A stretch of DNA of 64,000 bases from Squalus acanthias. Taxonomy: Eukaryota. The notes beneath the pieces are model-generated. The model was not told the DNA's origin and did no database searches. It was given only the letters and a program-made list of their open reading frames with translations. Of the stretch, positions 1-12,169 are shown piece by piece; the first letter of the stretch is position 1; the number at the start of each line of letters is the position of its first letter. Both the position numbers and the translations under genes were made by a program. The stretch spans positions 129,272,001 through 129,336,000 of the forward strand of contig CM059431.1 of the NCBI GenBank assembly GCA_030390025.1. The letters run 5' to 3'.

Positions 1-42
1 TTTTTTTTTAATTGTCAATTTAGCTTTTGTTTCTTCCTCTAG

Positions 43-279
43 ATTAATGGCTCTTATGGTCCCTCATATTGTAAATATCTTAACTATTTCAGCAAAAAAA
101 AGTCCATCAGGGATTGGAAAACTGCTTCGGGTTTTTCGATGTTTGTTGTCCCTTCAGAGGGGAGAGAAGGAACATACTTCCTGATCAAAACATCTTCATA
201 TCAACAAGAGGATATTATTAAGAATTGCAAAAGTAATCCAATTCATCTCATCAATACCATCATTGTTAACAGTTACTGA
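43..279 (+). other. Possible host exon (78 open codons after a strong splice acceptor); product unrecognised
   Basis: ttttgtttcttcctctAG acceptor ends at 42; frame INGSYGPSYCKYLNYF...NTIIVNSY* is open to TGA 277-279; no homology recognised. Confidence 0.2.
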
Positions 280-492
280 TGCTGTTTGGCTGCCGAGATA
301 ATACTATAGGCTTAGTAAAAAATGTACTGCACTGAATCCTGACATCATCACAGGCACAAAATGATACACTCAACTCTGCAGTGCAAAAATCAATTTACAT
401 TGATTGATTAATTCTAAATTGCTAAAATAGTGACCATTTCAATTAAAATCCCACTTAATAATGTGTTTGCCACTACAGTTTTAAAATTGTTC

Positions 493-1172
493 TTGGAAGA
501 GAGTGTTTGAAGACCAGGACCTCAAACCCGGCACCAAGCTCATGGTCTACAGAGCAGTAGTGATACCCGCCCTCCTGTATTCCTCAGAAACATGGACCTC
601 AAAGCACTGGAGAGGAACCACCAATGCTGCCTCCGCAAGATCCTGCAAATCCATTGGCAGGATAGGCGCACCAACGTCAGTGTTCTCGCTCAGGCCAACA
701 TCCCCAGCATCGAAGCTTTGACCACGCCTGATCAGCTCCGATGGACGGGGCACATCGTCCGCATGCCCGATACGAGACTCCCAAAACAAACGCTCTACTC
801 AGAGCTCCGACACGGCAAGAGAGCCCCAGGTGGGCAGAGGAAACACTTCAAGGACACCCTCAAAGCCTCCTTGAAAAAGTGCAACATCCCCACCGACACC
901 TGGGACTCCCTGGCCCAAGACCGCACAAAGTGGAGGAGAAGCATCCGGGAAGGCGCCAAACACCGCGAGTCTCTTCGCCGGGAGTAAGTGGAAGCCAAGC
1001 GCAAGCAGCGCACGTCAACCCAAGCACCCCACCCACCCGCCCCTTCAACCACCGTCTGCCCCACCTGCGACAGAGACTGTAGGTCCCGCATTGGACTCAT
1101 CAGTCACCTGAGAATTCATTTTTAATGTGGAAGCAAGTCATCCTCGGTTCTGAGGGACTGCCTAAGAAGAAG
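493..1172 (+). mobile_element. 5'-truncated RTE-clade LINE (ORF C-terminus with C2H2-like motif)
   Basis: ORF 592-987 LRKILQIHWQD...QLRWTGHIVRMPDTRLPKQ; downstream CPTCDRDC...HLRIH; (AAG)n tail; 10-bp TSD AAAATTGTTC at 483-492 and 1173-1182. Confidence 0.9.
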
Positions 1173-2730
1173 AAAATTGTTCACCAGGCTAGTTCTGCTT
1201 CTTAGCTCCTCATGCTGCATTTGACAAGCTCAATTATAGAGTACCAAAGTCTAATAAGCAGTTTTCACTTGCTCACTATATAATTATTATACAACATATG
1301 AATTTCATTAGATTTTAATGAAAATTTTTTAGATTAATTATCCAATTCACGAAATTCTTTGGCAGTGGCTTAAAAGTATATTCCATTACACGAGTCTCCA
1401 AATTATTTAGAAATGGGTTCACATGAAATGAAGAGATTGAGAGTGATGTAGAAATTCTGTGCATTTTCAGATCACTGAAAAGATGTCCTTGAATGATTGA
1501 AAAGTTGACGAGGCAACATCTTACAAGGACTGTAGAAGCTTTTGCTCATTACTGTGTTTTTATTAAGCTTTCTCAAGCAGATTTGCCTGTGTGTTCAGGA
1601 GTAGACATTCTTGACACTACTGGCTAATAAAAAGAAAATTGATCAAAGCGTTCACTAAGCTGAAGGTAAAGTGGATTTCAAAACTTAAATCATGCTGCAT
1701 ACATTTTTTATATAATAACTGTGAAATAGGGAACATTAAAAATTGTACAAGACATACTATCTGTCTCTCCAGGTTGCCAGTATGCTAACATTGATTATAT
1801 GACACATCTGCTTGATTTTACACCTATGACAGGATGAATTTCTTAATGCTCTTTTCCTAACATTCTCGCACTATTTTGGCAAATGGAAGATTAAAAAGAT
1901 GCAGACCATGATTATTCTAGTATGTGTAACTTAATGAATTATTTTAACTATATTATTTACCCATTTCAAAAGAACCAACTAATATTTTACAAAATCTTTT
2001 TTTCCAAAAGGCTCTAATCTCTTAGCAAAAGAAAACCAGTAAGAATAGAGTTTAACCTTCTCAGCATCATGTAAAATGTGATGATGTTTTATGCCAAGCA
2101 ATAAGTAGATTTTTTTAATATTGTAAAACTATCTTCATGAATATGATAAAGAATATAAGCTTTAAAAAGCAATGTGGACCTTGAACTCTGCTATATTTTG
2201 CACATGGAGGAATTCCTATAGGGAAACCAATAACCTTTCTATAACATTTTCTCATCATGACAGTCTTCTCATAAATTCCAATTAATAACACACTTAAATG
2301 CCAAATAGCAGCAATTGGTGTTATTACTTTCGAACGTGTTTATTATCTCTGCCATATTAAAACATACTGAAAAGAAAATTTGAGTTTAAATTTGAAAAGA
2401 AATTAATGCCTTTTTTTAGGGGAGGATGGGGTCTGAATATTTTAGCAAGTAAGATTCTGCTTTAAAGGCCAAAGCTGTTAAGAACAAAAACGATGTCCTT
2501 TTTTATCTAGGTCAATTTATGCTTGCATCATGCGTCTTCTATATATATATCTATTTTAAAATTCTGTTCACATAGGTATTCTAGTACTTACTTTAAAAAC
2601 TCAGATGAGCAACTTCCAGTTAGTCTAGTTGTTAAAAACTCGGGCAAATTTTCGTATTCACCGCCTGTGTGATAATCTTGCGGAGCAGATCACCCATGCT
2701 TTATAGAACCCGACCAACTTTCAATTCATT

Positions 2731-2768
2731 GGCCCGTAATTTCCAATAGGAGGCTTCCTGCGTGCGGA
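2731..2768 (-). mobile_element. Terminal fragment of the MITE family at 18322
   Basis: GGCCCGTAATTTCCAATAGGAGGCTTCCTGCGTGCGGA resembles the reverse complement of the right end of the 18322-19023 MITE. Confidence 0.55.
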
Positions 2769-4345
2769 TGGAAGAGCCAGAGAGAGTAACAAAGGTAATT
2801 GGGCATCAGTGACTAAGGTGACATCAGGGAAAAATAGAAAAAAGGCAAAGCTAAAGGCACTATATCTGAATGCACGAAGCATTCGCAACAAAATAGATGA
2901 ATTAATAGCGCAGATAGAAATTAATAGGTTTGATCTAATAGTCATTATGAAGACCTGGTTGCAAAGTGACCAAGGTTGGGAACTAAATATTCCAGAATAC
3001 TTAACTTTTAGAAGAGATAGGTGAAATGGAAAAGGAGGAGGGGTAGCCCTGATAATAAAGGATGGGATAAAGACAGTTGAGAGAAAGGATCTTAGCTCAG
3101 AAAATCACGAAGTAGAATCAGTTTGGGTGGAGCTAAGAAACAGCAAGAGGCAGAAAACATTGGTGGGATTTGTTTATAGGCCCCCAAACAGTAGTTGTAA
3201 TGTAGGGCAGCATATAAATCAGGAAATTAGAGGAGCATGTAACAAGGGTAATACAGTAATCATGGGGGACTTGAATCTACATATAGACTGGGCAAACCAA
3301 ATTTGCAGTAATAGTGTGGAGGACGAGTTCATGGAATGTATTCAAGATAGTTTTCTAGATCAGTATGTTGAGGAACCAACTAGGGAACAGGCTATTTTAG
3401 ATCTAGTATTGTACAACGAGAAAGGTTTAATTAATAACCTTGTAGTAAAGGGGCCTTTAGGGAAGAGTGACCATAACATGATAGAATTTTATATTGAGTT
3501 TGAAAGTGATTTAGTTTAGTCCAAAACTAGGGTCTTAAATCTAAATAAAGCAAACTACGTAGGTATGAGGGGCGAGTTGGCTATGGTAGATTGGGAAACT
3601 ACATTAAAAGATATGATGGTAGACAATCAATGGCTAGCATTTACAACATATATACATTCATTTGAGGCACAAAAAACCCAAAGGAAAAGTGGTCCAATCG
3701 TGGCTAACAAGAGAAGTTAAAGATAGCATTAGATCAAAGGAAGAGGCTTGTAATGTTGCCAAAAAGAGTAGTAAGCCTGAGGATTGGGAGGATTTTAGAA
3801 TTCAGCAAAGGAGGACCAAGAAATTGATAAGGAAAGAGAAAAAAGAATGAGAGTAAATTAACAAGAGACATAGGGAGAGAAATTCAGTTGGTTAGCGCCT
3901 CCCATTAGCTCCTGGCGGGGGCGCTAATGGGGTGTTAATGAAGTAGCGCCCGGGGCGAGGTGAATCCAGCACAACATGCCAAATTCAGTCGCCCATTAGC
4001 ACCGCCACTAACAGTTAACGGCTGGAGCTTTAGCGCCAGGCTGATCGTGATGTGAGCGCCCGATCTGCCAAATTGATTATCGCCCCCTGCCTTAGCACCT
4101 CGTCCCGACAACGACAGGAAGAGGAGGCGTGAAGCAGGCAGATGGCGGCTCCAGCGGCGCTATTTAAAGAGATCAGTCGCAGCTGTCAGGTTGGTGCTGT
4201 TTCACTGCTTCCTTGTCAGTTTGCGATTGTGCAAGAGTTTAATTCAGTCATTTAAAGGTTCTTTAGTATCAGGAATGTTGTGGCTACGAAAAAATTGTTA
4301 CATTTATTCTGACAAAATTTCAAAGTGCTACACATCATTATATTA

Positions 4346-5506
4346 ATGGGGGCTGTACTGGCAGTCAACCTCACCCTCCAGGATCTACTGTGGAGGGAGC
4401 GAGAAAGATTGCAAGATGTGGCCAGAGGGAGGAGGAGGGCCATCAGGGCTCTCAACAGGAGGCCTTACCCTCCAAGGGTATTCCGAGAGCACTTCTCCTA
4501 CCTCCAATTAAGCGAGGAGCATTGCATTAGGAGGCTCCACTTCACCAAGGATGTGGTCACCGAACTCTGCCACCTTCTGCAACCAGACCTCGAGCCTCAG
4601 ATCAGGTCAACTACGGCTCTCTCAGTGGCGGTCAAGGTCACCGTCGCCCTCAATTTCTTCACCAGCAATTCTTTCCAGTCTGCAACAGGAGATATAGTGA
4701 ACATCTCGCAGTTCGCCGTCCATCGCTGCATCCAGGAGGTCACAGAGGCTCTGTACAGCAGGAGAAGGGATTACATTTCCTTCCCCATCACCAGAGAGAA
4801 GCAGGACAAACGTACATGTGGCTTCGCCAGGATAGCGGGTTTCCCCATGGTGCAGGGCTCCATTGACTGCTCGCACGTGGCTTTGCAGGCACCGCATAAC
4901 AATTCTGAGGTCTTCCGTAACCGCAAAGACTACCACTCACTTCATGTGCAGTTGGTGTGCGACCACACACAGCGAATCCTCAATATGAATTGCCGGCTAT
5001 CCTGGCAGCAGCCACGATGCCTTCATCTTGCGCCAGACCGGTGAGCCAGCACAATTCAAGCCGTCACATCAAGCTCACGGTCGGAGCCAAGGGCTATCAA
5101 CTTTCCACCTGGCTCATGACTCCCCTCCGCAACCCCAGCATTCCTGCTCAGCACTCATATAATGAGAGCCATGCTGCCACCAGGAACATAATCGAGCAGA
5201 ACATCAGGGTGCTCAAGCAACGGTTCCGCTGACTTTGACCGCTCTGGAGGAACGCTCCAGTACCCGCTGGAGTGGGTGTCCCATTCCATTGTAGTCTGCA
5301 CAATGCTCAACAACTTGGCCATCATGAGGGCCCAGCCCTTGCCACCAGGGATTGTGGGACCACCTCAGGAGGAGGAAGAGGGAGAGGAGGAGGAGATCGT
5401 GGACGAGGATGTGGAGGAGGAACAGGAGCGAGGGAGGAGTCCGCCACTCAATCTGCCTTCTGGAAGGGCGATCCGTGACCGCCTCATCAGACTGCGGTTC
5501 CAATAA
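4346..5506 (+). pseudogene. Harbinger DDE transposase (HARBI1-like family), frameshifted
   Basis: ORFs 4325-5044, 4957-5232, 5276-5506: GFPMVQGSIDCSHV, NRKDYHSLHVQLVCD, GAKGY (D lost), YNESHAATRNIIEQ, acidic C-terminal tract. Confidence 0.92.
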
Positions 5507-5750
5507 ATTAAACTTCAGATCCCCGTTGCTCACCACATCCCCATCATTCCATCCCTGTCACAGGCCATTTCACAGCACAAAGCTGAAATGAGAGACACCA
5601 CAAAATCATCCAAAGTAAATTAATAAATTTATCAATAATCAGTCAACACATATTTACAACAACAATATTAGCTGTTCACCCTTGTGCAATCCCTTAGTGC
5701 CTCTCGTTACTGTGCCTTTGCCTACTCTAGTGCTCCTACGAAGTGTTGGC

Positions 5751-7555
5751 TTAGTGGCTGCAGCACGGTGGGTGGAAGGCTGCTGAGACTTCAGATGGCC
5801 TTGCAGGACGCCCTCGACCAGCTCTGGGCCTGGAAGGCCCGGCTGTAGACTGCACCACCTCAGCATGGGCAGCAGCAGTCTGGGCTGGCTGGATAACAGG
5901 CAGCGACAAGGGCAATGGCGGAGTGCCAGTGGTGGGAGCAGGAATGCTGTCATCCTGAGAGAAGACAGCAGTTTCCTGCTCCACTGACCCACTGACAGTC
6001 CCCCGGGGCAGCAGCTCAGCATCACTAGGAATCTGTTGCAGCACAGATTGCTGGCCTGCTGCGACACCGTGAAAGCCCCGGTGGATGGTAGTCGACCCAT
6101 CCACGATGGCAGCCCTCAGAGCTTGCATGGCATCAAGCTGAGACAGCAAGAGAGCAGTCTGAGAATCGATGGCACAAAGCATAGACTGCATTACTGCACT
6201 AAGACGTTGCAGGGCTTCCGCCTGTGCTGCAATGGAAGCTGTGACATCGCCCATCACACGCAGCATCAGGTCTGGGTTGCTACGGTCTCTCTGGGAGCCC
6301 ACCATCTGTTGCAGACTGCTAATGATGGGCTCCATGGTGTACGCAGAGCTCTGTGCAATGTTGAAGGTGGACTCCTCCACGCTCCTTACCATTGCCGAGA
6401 GTCTGTCAGGCACCCTTGCCATTGCATCTATCATCTCCGTGTGCATGCCCATCACCCTTCTTCTAAAGGCCTCCCCATCGAGGTCCTCATCTGAGTCCTG
6501 TGCAGCAGAGCTCGCGTGCAAACTCGTCCTCCAGGGAGCTGGCTCCCGAGCTACCCTTTGCCCCTGGCCTTGCTGCAGCCTGCTCGTCCCCAGTGCCTCA
6601 CCTTGTGCAGATTGCACTACTATACTAGCCTCTAAAGAGCATGTAGTGCCAGTATCTTAGTTGGTGCCTGCGGGTGAGACATGCAGTGACGCGGTGTGTT
6701 CTTCGTCCTCCTCTTCTCCGGCCTCGCTCTCAATGTTGCCCTCAGGGACAGGCTGCTCAGGTGCTTGCTCATTATCTGCAAGCATAAAGGCACAAGAGTC
6801 GGTTTAAGGTGAGGGGAGGGGGGCAGGAAGGGAAAAATGCATGCATACACCATGATCAGCTGGAAAGTGTGAAAGGCTTGAGGGGGAAGTGGGATGTGAG
6901 AAGAAGGAGTAGGGATGAACATACCAATGTTGTCCCCAAGGGGGCCAACGTCTCTGGTGGCCACGGCGCCCACCACCTGGCGCTCAATAATCTCCAGCAC
7001 TCTATTATCCAGCGCAGATAGTGTTTGGGTGTCGGCTTGTCACCCGCCTGTGTGCTCCTTCTCCCTCCTGTTGTCAGCCGCTTTGGCCTGCTAGAGAAAT
7101 GTGTGAGTGAGTGTGGAGCAATGTGTTTGGGTGATGTGCCTGCCATAGTTGAGTAGCTGTCATTGTGTGCAAGGTGTGAGATGTGGGTGTGAGTGTTGGT
7201 AGGTAGAGATTGTTGGTGGGTGAGTGCTTGGGGGATGTGGTGCTTTGGCCAGTGTGTGCAGACTGTGGTTCAGACGGTGGTATGTAGCATTTGTTAAAGC
7301 ATTGACTCACGCTGACCACCCGAGTGAGGTCGTTAACTTTCTTCCTGCACTGTGTGTGGGTCCTGGGCACCACAATGCTGCCTGAGACATGCTGGGCAAC
7401 CTCCATCCACATGGCATGGAAGACTTGCAGCGAGGGTCTCCTGCCACTTGCCGGTAGAGCACAGCCCTCCATCTCTCCACAGCGAACATCCACTCCTCCA
7501 ATGCTCGGTCCAAAAATCTGCGGGCTCTCTCCCTGGGGCATGGATCTGCCATCAT
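5751..7555 (-). pseudogene. Harbinger Myb/SANT-like DNA-binding protein, 3 exons (~7555-7311, 7087-6925, 6775-5751)
   Basis: MADPCPRERARRFLDRALE...TQCRKKVNDL; donors GTGAGT and GTATGT with CAG acceptors; frameshift in exon 1 and stop in exon 2. Confidence 0.85.
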
Positions 7556-8548
7556 GAAACCTGCTTGAGTCGTCTGACTCCTTGGGCTTGGCCTGTTCCT
7601 GCTTGCTGACACAAGTTCACTGCCAGCAATGCTGAGAATGAGGTTCTACAGCATCAATGAACCTCCCCTTTAAGAACTGGAAAGAGCCTGTGACAATGAT
7701 GACTTGCCATTAGATTGCATCTGATATTGGTTTGCGCTTTGAGTGTAACGCCACTGAGCTAAGCCGTTAGCGCTTGATTTAGCGCTCCAATCTTTTCTTT
7801 GAGCGATGACACTGAATTTTGCATGCAGCGAGATTCATTAGCGCCTGGCACTAAATCTCAAATTTTTCCAAATTTAGCGCCCATTCCTGGGCTATAATGA
7901 ATTTCACCCCCATAAAAACAGATTGTAAACGTTTCTATAGGTATGTAAATCGGAAGAGATTACTGAAAGTAAACTTGGGCCCATTAAAGGCAGAGACAGG
8001 AGAAATTATAATGGGCAATAAGGAAATGGCAGAGACATTAAACAAATACTTTGTATCTGTCTTCCCAGTAGAAGACAAAACAATATTCCAGAAATAATGG
8101 GGAACCAAGGGTTTAGAAAGAATGAGGAACTTAAAGAAATCAGTTTAAGTAAAGACATAGTACTGGAGAAATTAATGGGACTAAGTGGCGACAAATCCCC
8201 AGGACCTGATGACCTGCATCCTAGGGTTTTAAAAGGGGTAACTGCAGAGATAGTGGATACATTGGTATTAATCTTCTAGAATTCCCTAGATTCTAGAACA
8301 GTCCCCAAGGATTGGTTGGTAACAAACATAACCCCGTTATTTAGGAAAGGAGAAAGAGAAAAAACAGGAAACTACAGGCCAGTTAGCCTGACATCAGTAG
8401 TAGGCAAAATGCTAGAATCTATTATTAGGGATGTGGTAACAGGACACTTATAAAATCGTAATTTGATTAGGCAGAGTCAACATGGTTTTATGAAAGGGAA
8501 ATCGTGTTTGACAATTCTGTTAGAGTTTTTTGAAGATGTAACTAATAG

Positions 8549-9025
8549 AATGGATAAAGGGGAACCAGTGGGCAACACGGTGGCATGTGGGCAACACGGT
8601 GGCATAGTGGTTAGCACTGGTGCCTCACAGCGCCAGAGACCCGGGTTCGAATCTGACCTCGGGTGACTGTCTGTGTGGAGTTTGCACATTCTCCCCGTGT
8701 CTGCGTGGGTTTCCTCCGGGTGCTCCGGTTTCCTCCCACAGTCCAAAAATGTGCGGGTTAGGTTGATTTGGCTATGATAAATTGACCCTTAGTGTTAGGG
8801 GGGGGGATTAAATATGTGGGGTTATGGGGATAGGATGGGATATGTTAGGGGGAATTAAATACGTGGGGTTACGGGGCTAGGGTGGAATATGTGTACTGTG
8901 GGGATTAAAGCAGGGACAGGGTACTGGATTTGAATGATCAGCCATGATCGTATTGAATGGTGGAGCAGGCTCGACGGGCCGAATGGCCTACTCCTGCTCC
9001 TAGATTCTATGTTTCTATGTTTCTA
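8549..9025 (+). mobile_element. tRNA-derived HE1/V-SINE-like SINE inserted in CR1 RT
   Basis: A-box GGTGGCATAGTGGTT, B-box GGGTTCGAAT, core GTGTGGAGTTTGCACATTCTCCCCGTGTCTGCGTGGGTTTCCTCCGGGTGCTCCGG, CR1-type 3' end with (TTTCTATG)n. Confidence 0.88.
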
Positions 9026-9925
9026 TGTAATATATGTGGATTTTCTAAAAGCATTTGATAAGGTACCACACAAGAGGTTATTACACAAAATTAGGACTCA
9101 TGGGATTGGGGATAATATATTAGCATGGATTGAGCATTGGTTAATGGACAGAAAACAGAGAGTAGAAATAAATAGGACATTTTCAGGTTGACAGGCTGTA
9201 ACTAGCAGGGTACCGCAAGGATCAGTGCTTGGGCCTCAGCGATTGACAATCTATATTAATGACTTGGATGAAGGGACTGAGTGTAATGAATCCAAGTTTG
9301 CTGATGATACAAAGTTAGGTGGGAAAGTAAGCTGTGAGGAGGACGAAAAGAGGCTGCAGAAGATATAGACAGGTTGACTGAGTGGGCAAGAACATGGGAA
9401 ATGAAATACAATGGGGTGAAGTTTGAAGTTATCCACTTTGGTAGGAAAAACAAAAAAACAGAATATTTTTTGAATGGTGAGAGACTGGGAAATGTTTGCA
9501 TTCAGAGGGACCTGGGTGTCCTTGTACATGAATCAGAGAAAGTTAACATGCGGTACAGCAAGCAATTAAGAAAGCAAATGGTATGTTAGTTTTTGTTTAA
9601 AAGGGATTAGAGTATAAGAGTAAAGAAGTCTTACTATAATTATGCAGGGCATTGGTGAGGCCACACATTGAGTACTATGTACAGTTCCGGTCTCCTTACC
9701 TAAGTAAAGACATACTTGCCATAGGGGGAGTGCAACAAAGGTTAACTAGACTGGTTTCTGGGATGAGGGGATTGCCCTATGAGGAGAAATTGAGTAGACT
9801 AGGCCTATATTCCCTAGAGTTTAGAAGAATAAGAGGTGATCTAATTGAAACATAAAATTCTTAAGGGACTTGACAGGGTTAATGCTGGGAAAATATATCC
9901 CCTGGCTGGGGAATCTAGAACAGGG

Positions 9926-11651
9926 GGGGGGGACTTTTTGGGGGGTGTGTTCAGTGGCAGGAAAATGTTTTTTTGACAGCGGGTCGGGACCCCGCTGTCA
10001 ACCAGCCACCACGCGACTTTCCCAGATGTCAGGTCTGTCAGCACTGAACAGACCCAACACGCAGCGGCGGGGGAGGCAATTCAGGTTATTATGACTTTGT
10101 TAACAGCCCATTAAGAAGTATTTGAGCTCACCTTACCATTTTACGAGGTCGCCCACGGGGTCCACGCTACTTGGGGATCACGTCAGGTAAGGAGGTCGGG
10201 AGTTGTACAAGCATGGAATCATCTCATTACTTGACAGCTACAAATGTGCTATAAAAGCTCCCATCTCACAGCTGTTCACTTTCCAAGCTCAAAAGCTGTT
10301 GCTTACTGCATTTGGAAGACAGATTGAGCTTTATGCAGGTTGCAAGTGTTTGGAGTAAACTCTCTATCCAGTGTCACCTCATTGGAACAACCTCTCTCAC
10401 CATTGACAGATCGCTTCTGTCATCACAAGTTCACCTGCCATCTATTCCATCAGCATCGGTGCCCTTGAAATATCTCACCTTGGTCCTCAGAATTCCACCA
10501 CGATCAGCCCCAACATCAGCAGCACCAGGAACACCAGCAGCACCAACAACAACACCAAAATCTCCGCAACCAACTGATGCACAGTACACTGGGCATCAGC
10601 ACCCGACCACATTGCTACCCGGGACATCAAGGATGGCCTCACCATGGCCAGATTTACTTCACTTGACGCTGTACACCCTGGCTGCCACATAATGCACCAG
10701 GTTGGTACCACCCCACACCAACACCATAAAGCATCCCTACAATGTCCAAGCCACAATCATGACCATTGAGGGGGGTACCGTTATGTCTCACCATTCACTG
10801 CAACTCACTAGCCACTTCCAAAGGTCCACACAACTCTGTCCAAGAATGCAAAGTGTTGAAAACAAAGATTTCAATGTTTGACAGCACATTAACAGAAACT
10901 TCACATGAACATTGGCTAAAACACACAAGTGACTACCCTCGTGTGCTGTTACTTGGATGTGTGAGGGGTGGCTAGTGAGATGGGAAAGTAATAATGTAGC
11001 TAGAGAAGGATGGGTGGAAGTGCAAGGTAAGTTGGTGTGAGTAAGGATGTGCAGGAGTAGGGTAGGGAAGGCAGATTGATGGGGATGAGGTGAGTGGCAC
11101 AGCAGGATGAGGTTGAGTGTGGCTTTGCAGTAACGTTTTGTGATCTACTGAGATCATTGAATGGTTTGCGGCACTGCAGCCTGGTCCTCCTTACGACATC
11201 CCTGCTTGTGTCCTCCTCTGCAATGTGCAACCAGGCTGCATTGATCTCCTGGGGAGGTCTCTTCCGCCCATTGGAAGGGAAGAGAACCTCCCTGCGTGCT
11301 GTGACTCCCTCCATAAGCATGAGTGAGTCATGGGAGAGCCTGGGTGCAGCCATGCACCTCTGTGCAGTGCTTGTCAGTGTTTGCAGCACCTCAATGTTGT
11401 AGAACACTGACAGCACAACTGTCAAAGTAAATTTGCACATGGTTCCTTTAAGGAAACCAGCTGATGATGCGTCATCAAATGAAGTAATCAGACCCACTTC
11501 CTTCAATTGGCTGGCAAACGCGCTGGGCGGGCTTAACAAGCCCAATCAGGGGAAAATCATTTTGGACAGCGGGCTGGAGCCAGCAACGGGTCCAGGACCC
11601 GCCACCAACGTCGCCCACCACAGACCCGCTGAGGTTGGTAAAATCCAGCCC
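9926..11651 (+). mobile_element. Non-autonomous Harbinger (transposase ends only; Myb exon 1 on minus strand)
   Basis: Right TIR AAAATCCAGCCC, degenerate left TIR; probable TSD GGG; ORF 11000-11545(-) APRLSHDSL...LQCRKPFNDL; homologous to 34812 and 46958 copies. Confidence 0.85.
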
Positions 11652-11949
11652 GGGGTCGCAGTCTCAGAATAAAGGGACGGCTATTTAGGACTGAGATGAG
11701 GAGAATTTTCTTCACTCAAAGGGTTGTGATGAGTTTAGAATTCTCTACTCCAGAGAGTTGTGGATGCTCAGTAGTTGAGTATATTCAAGACAGAGGTCGA
11801 TAAATTTTTGGGAATTAAGGGATATGGGGATTGTGCGGGAAGGTGGAGTTGAGGTAGAAGATCAGCCATGATCTTGTTGAAGGGCGGAGCAGACTCGAAG
11901 CGCCAAATGGCCTACTCCAGCTCCTATTTCTTATGTTCTTATGTTAAGA

Positions 11950-12168
11950 GCAGTTCAGAGGCTGGGTACTCTGCAGCGAGTGTCTCACCTCCTGACTCTC
12001 CCAAGCATTTCCACCATCTACAAGGCACAAGTAAGTAGTGTAATGGAATATTCTCCACTTGCCTGCATGAGTGCAGCTCCAATGACACTCAAGAAGCTCG
12101 ACACCATCCAGGACAAAACAGCCCACTGGAACTCCCTCCCTACCAGCACTGTGGGAGTACCTTCACCT
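11950..12168 (+). mobile_element. Short LINE RT C-terminal fragment (different family from the main CR1s)
   Basis: STIYKAQVSSVMEYSP...LKKLDTIQDK...WNSLP. Confidence 0.65.
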
Positions 12169-12169
12169 T

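Larger units (their letters stand above)
3873..7911 (+). mobile_element. Full-length PIF/Harbinger DNA transposon (~4.04 kb), decayed
   Basis: 14-bp imperfect TIRs GGGAGAGAAATTCA / TGAATTTCACCCCC; TSD ATA (3870-3872, 7912-7914) in CR1; convergent transposase and Myb/SANT genes. Confidence 0.93.
2770..11946 (+). mobile_element. CR1 (HER1-like) LINE ORF2 to 3' tail, degenerate, split by three insertions (pieces ~2770-3872, 7915-8548, ~9025-9925, 11652-11946)
   Basis: APE motifs YLNARS, VYRPP, SDHN; RT motifs KSPGPD, QHGF, KAFDKVPH, FADD; (TTCTTATG)n tail; pieces are colinear across the insertions. Confidence 0.9.

Noticed and set aside
4325..5506. Domesticated HARBI1 gene
   Set aside because: Lies within TIRs and a TSD, is frameshifted and multicopy; it is a transposon copy.
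8569..8660. tRNA gene
   Set aside because: A/B boxes run into a SINE core and LINE tail.
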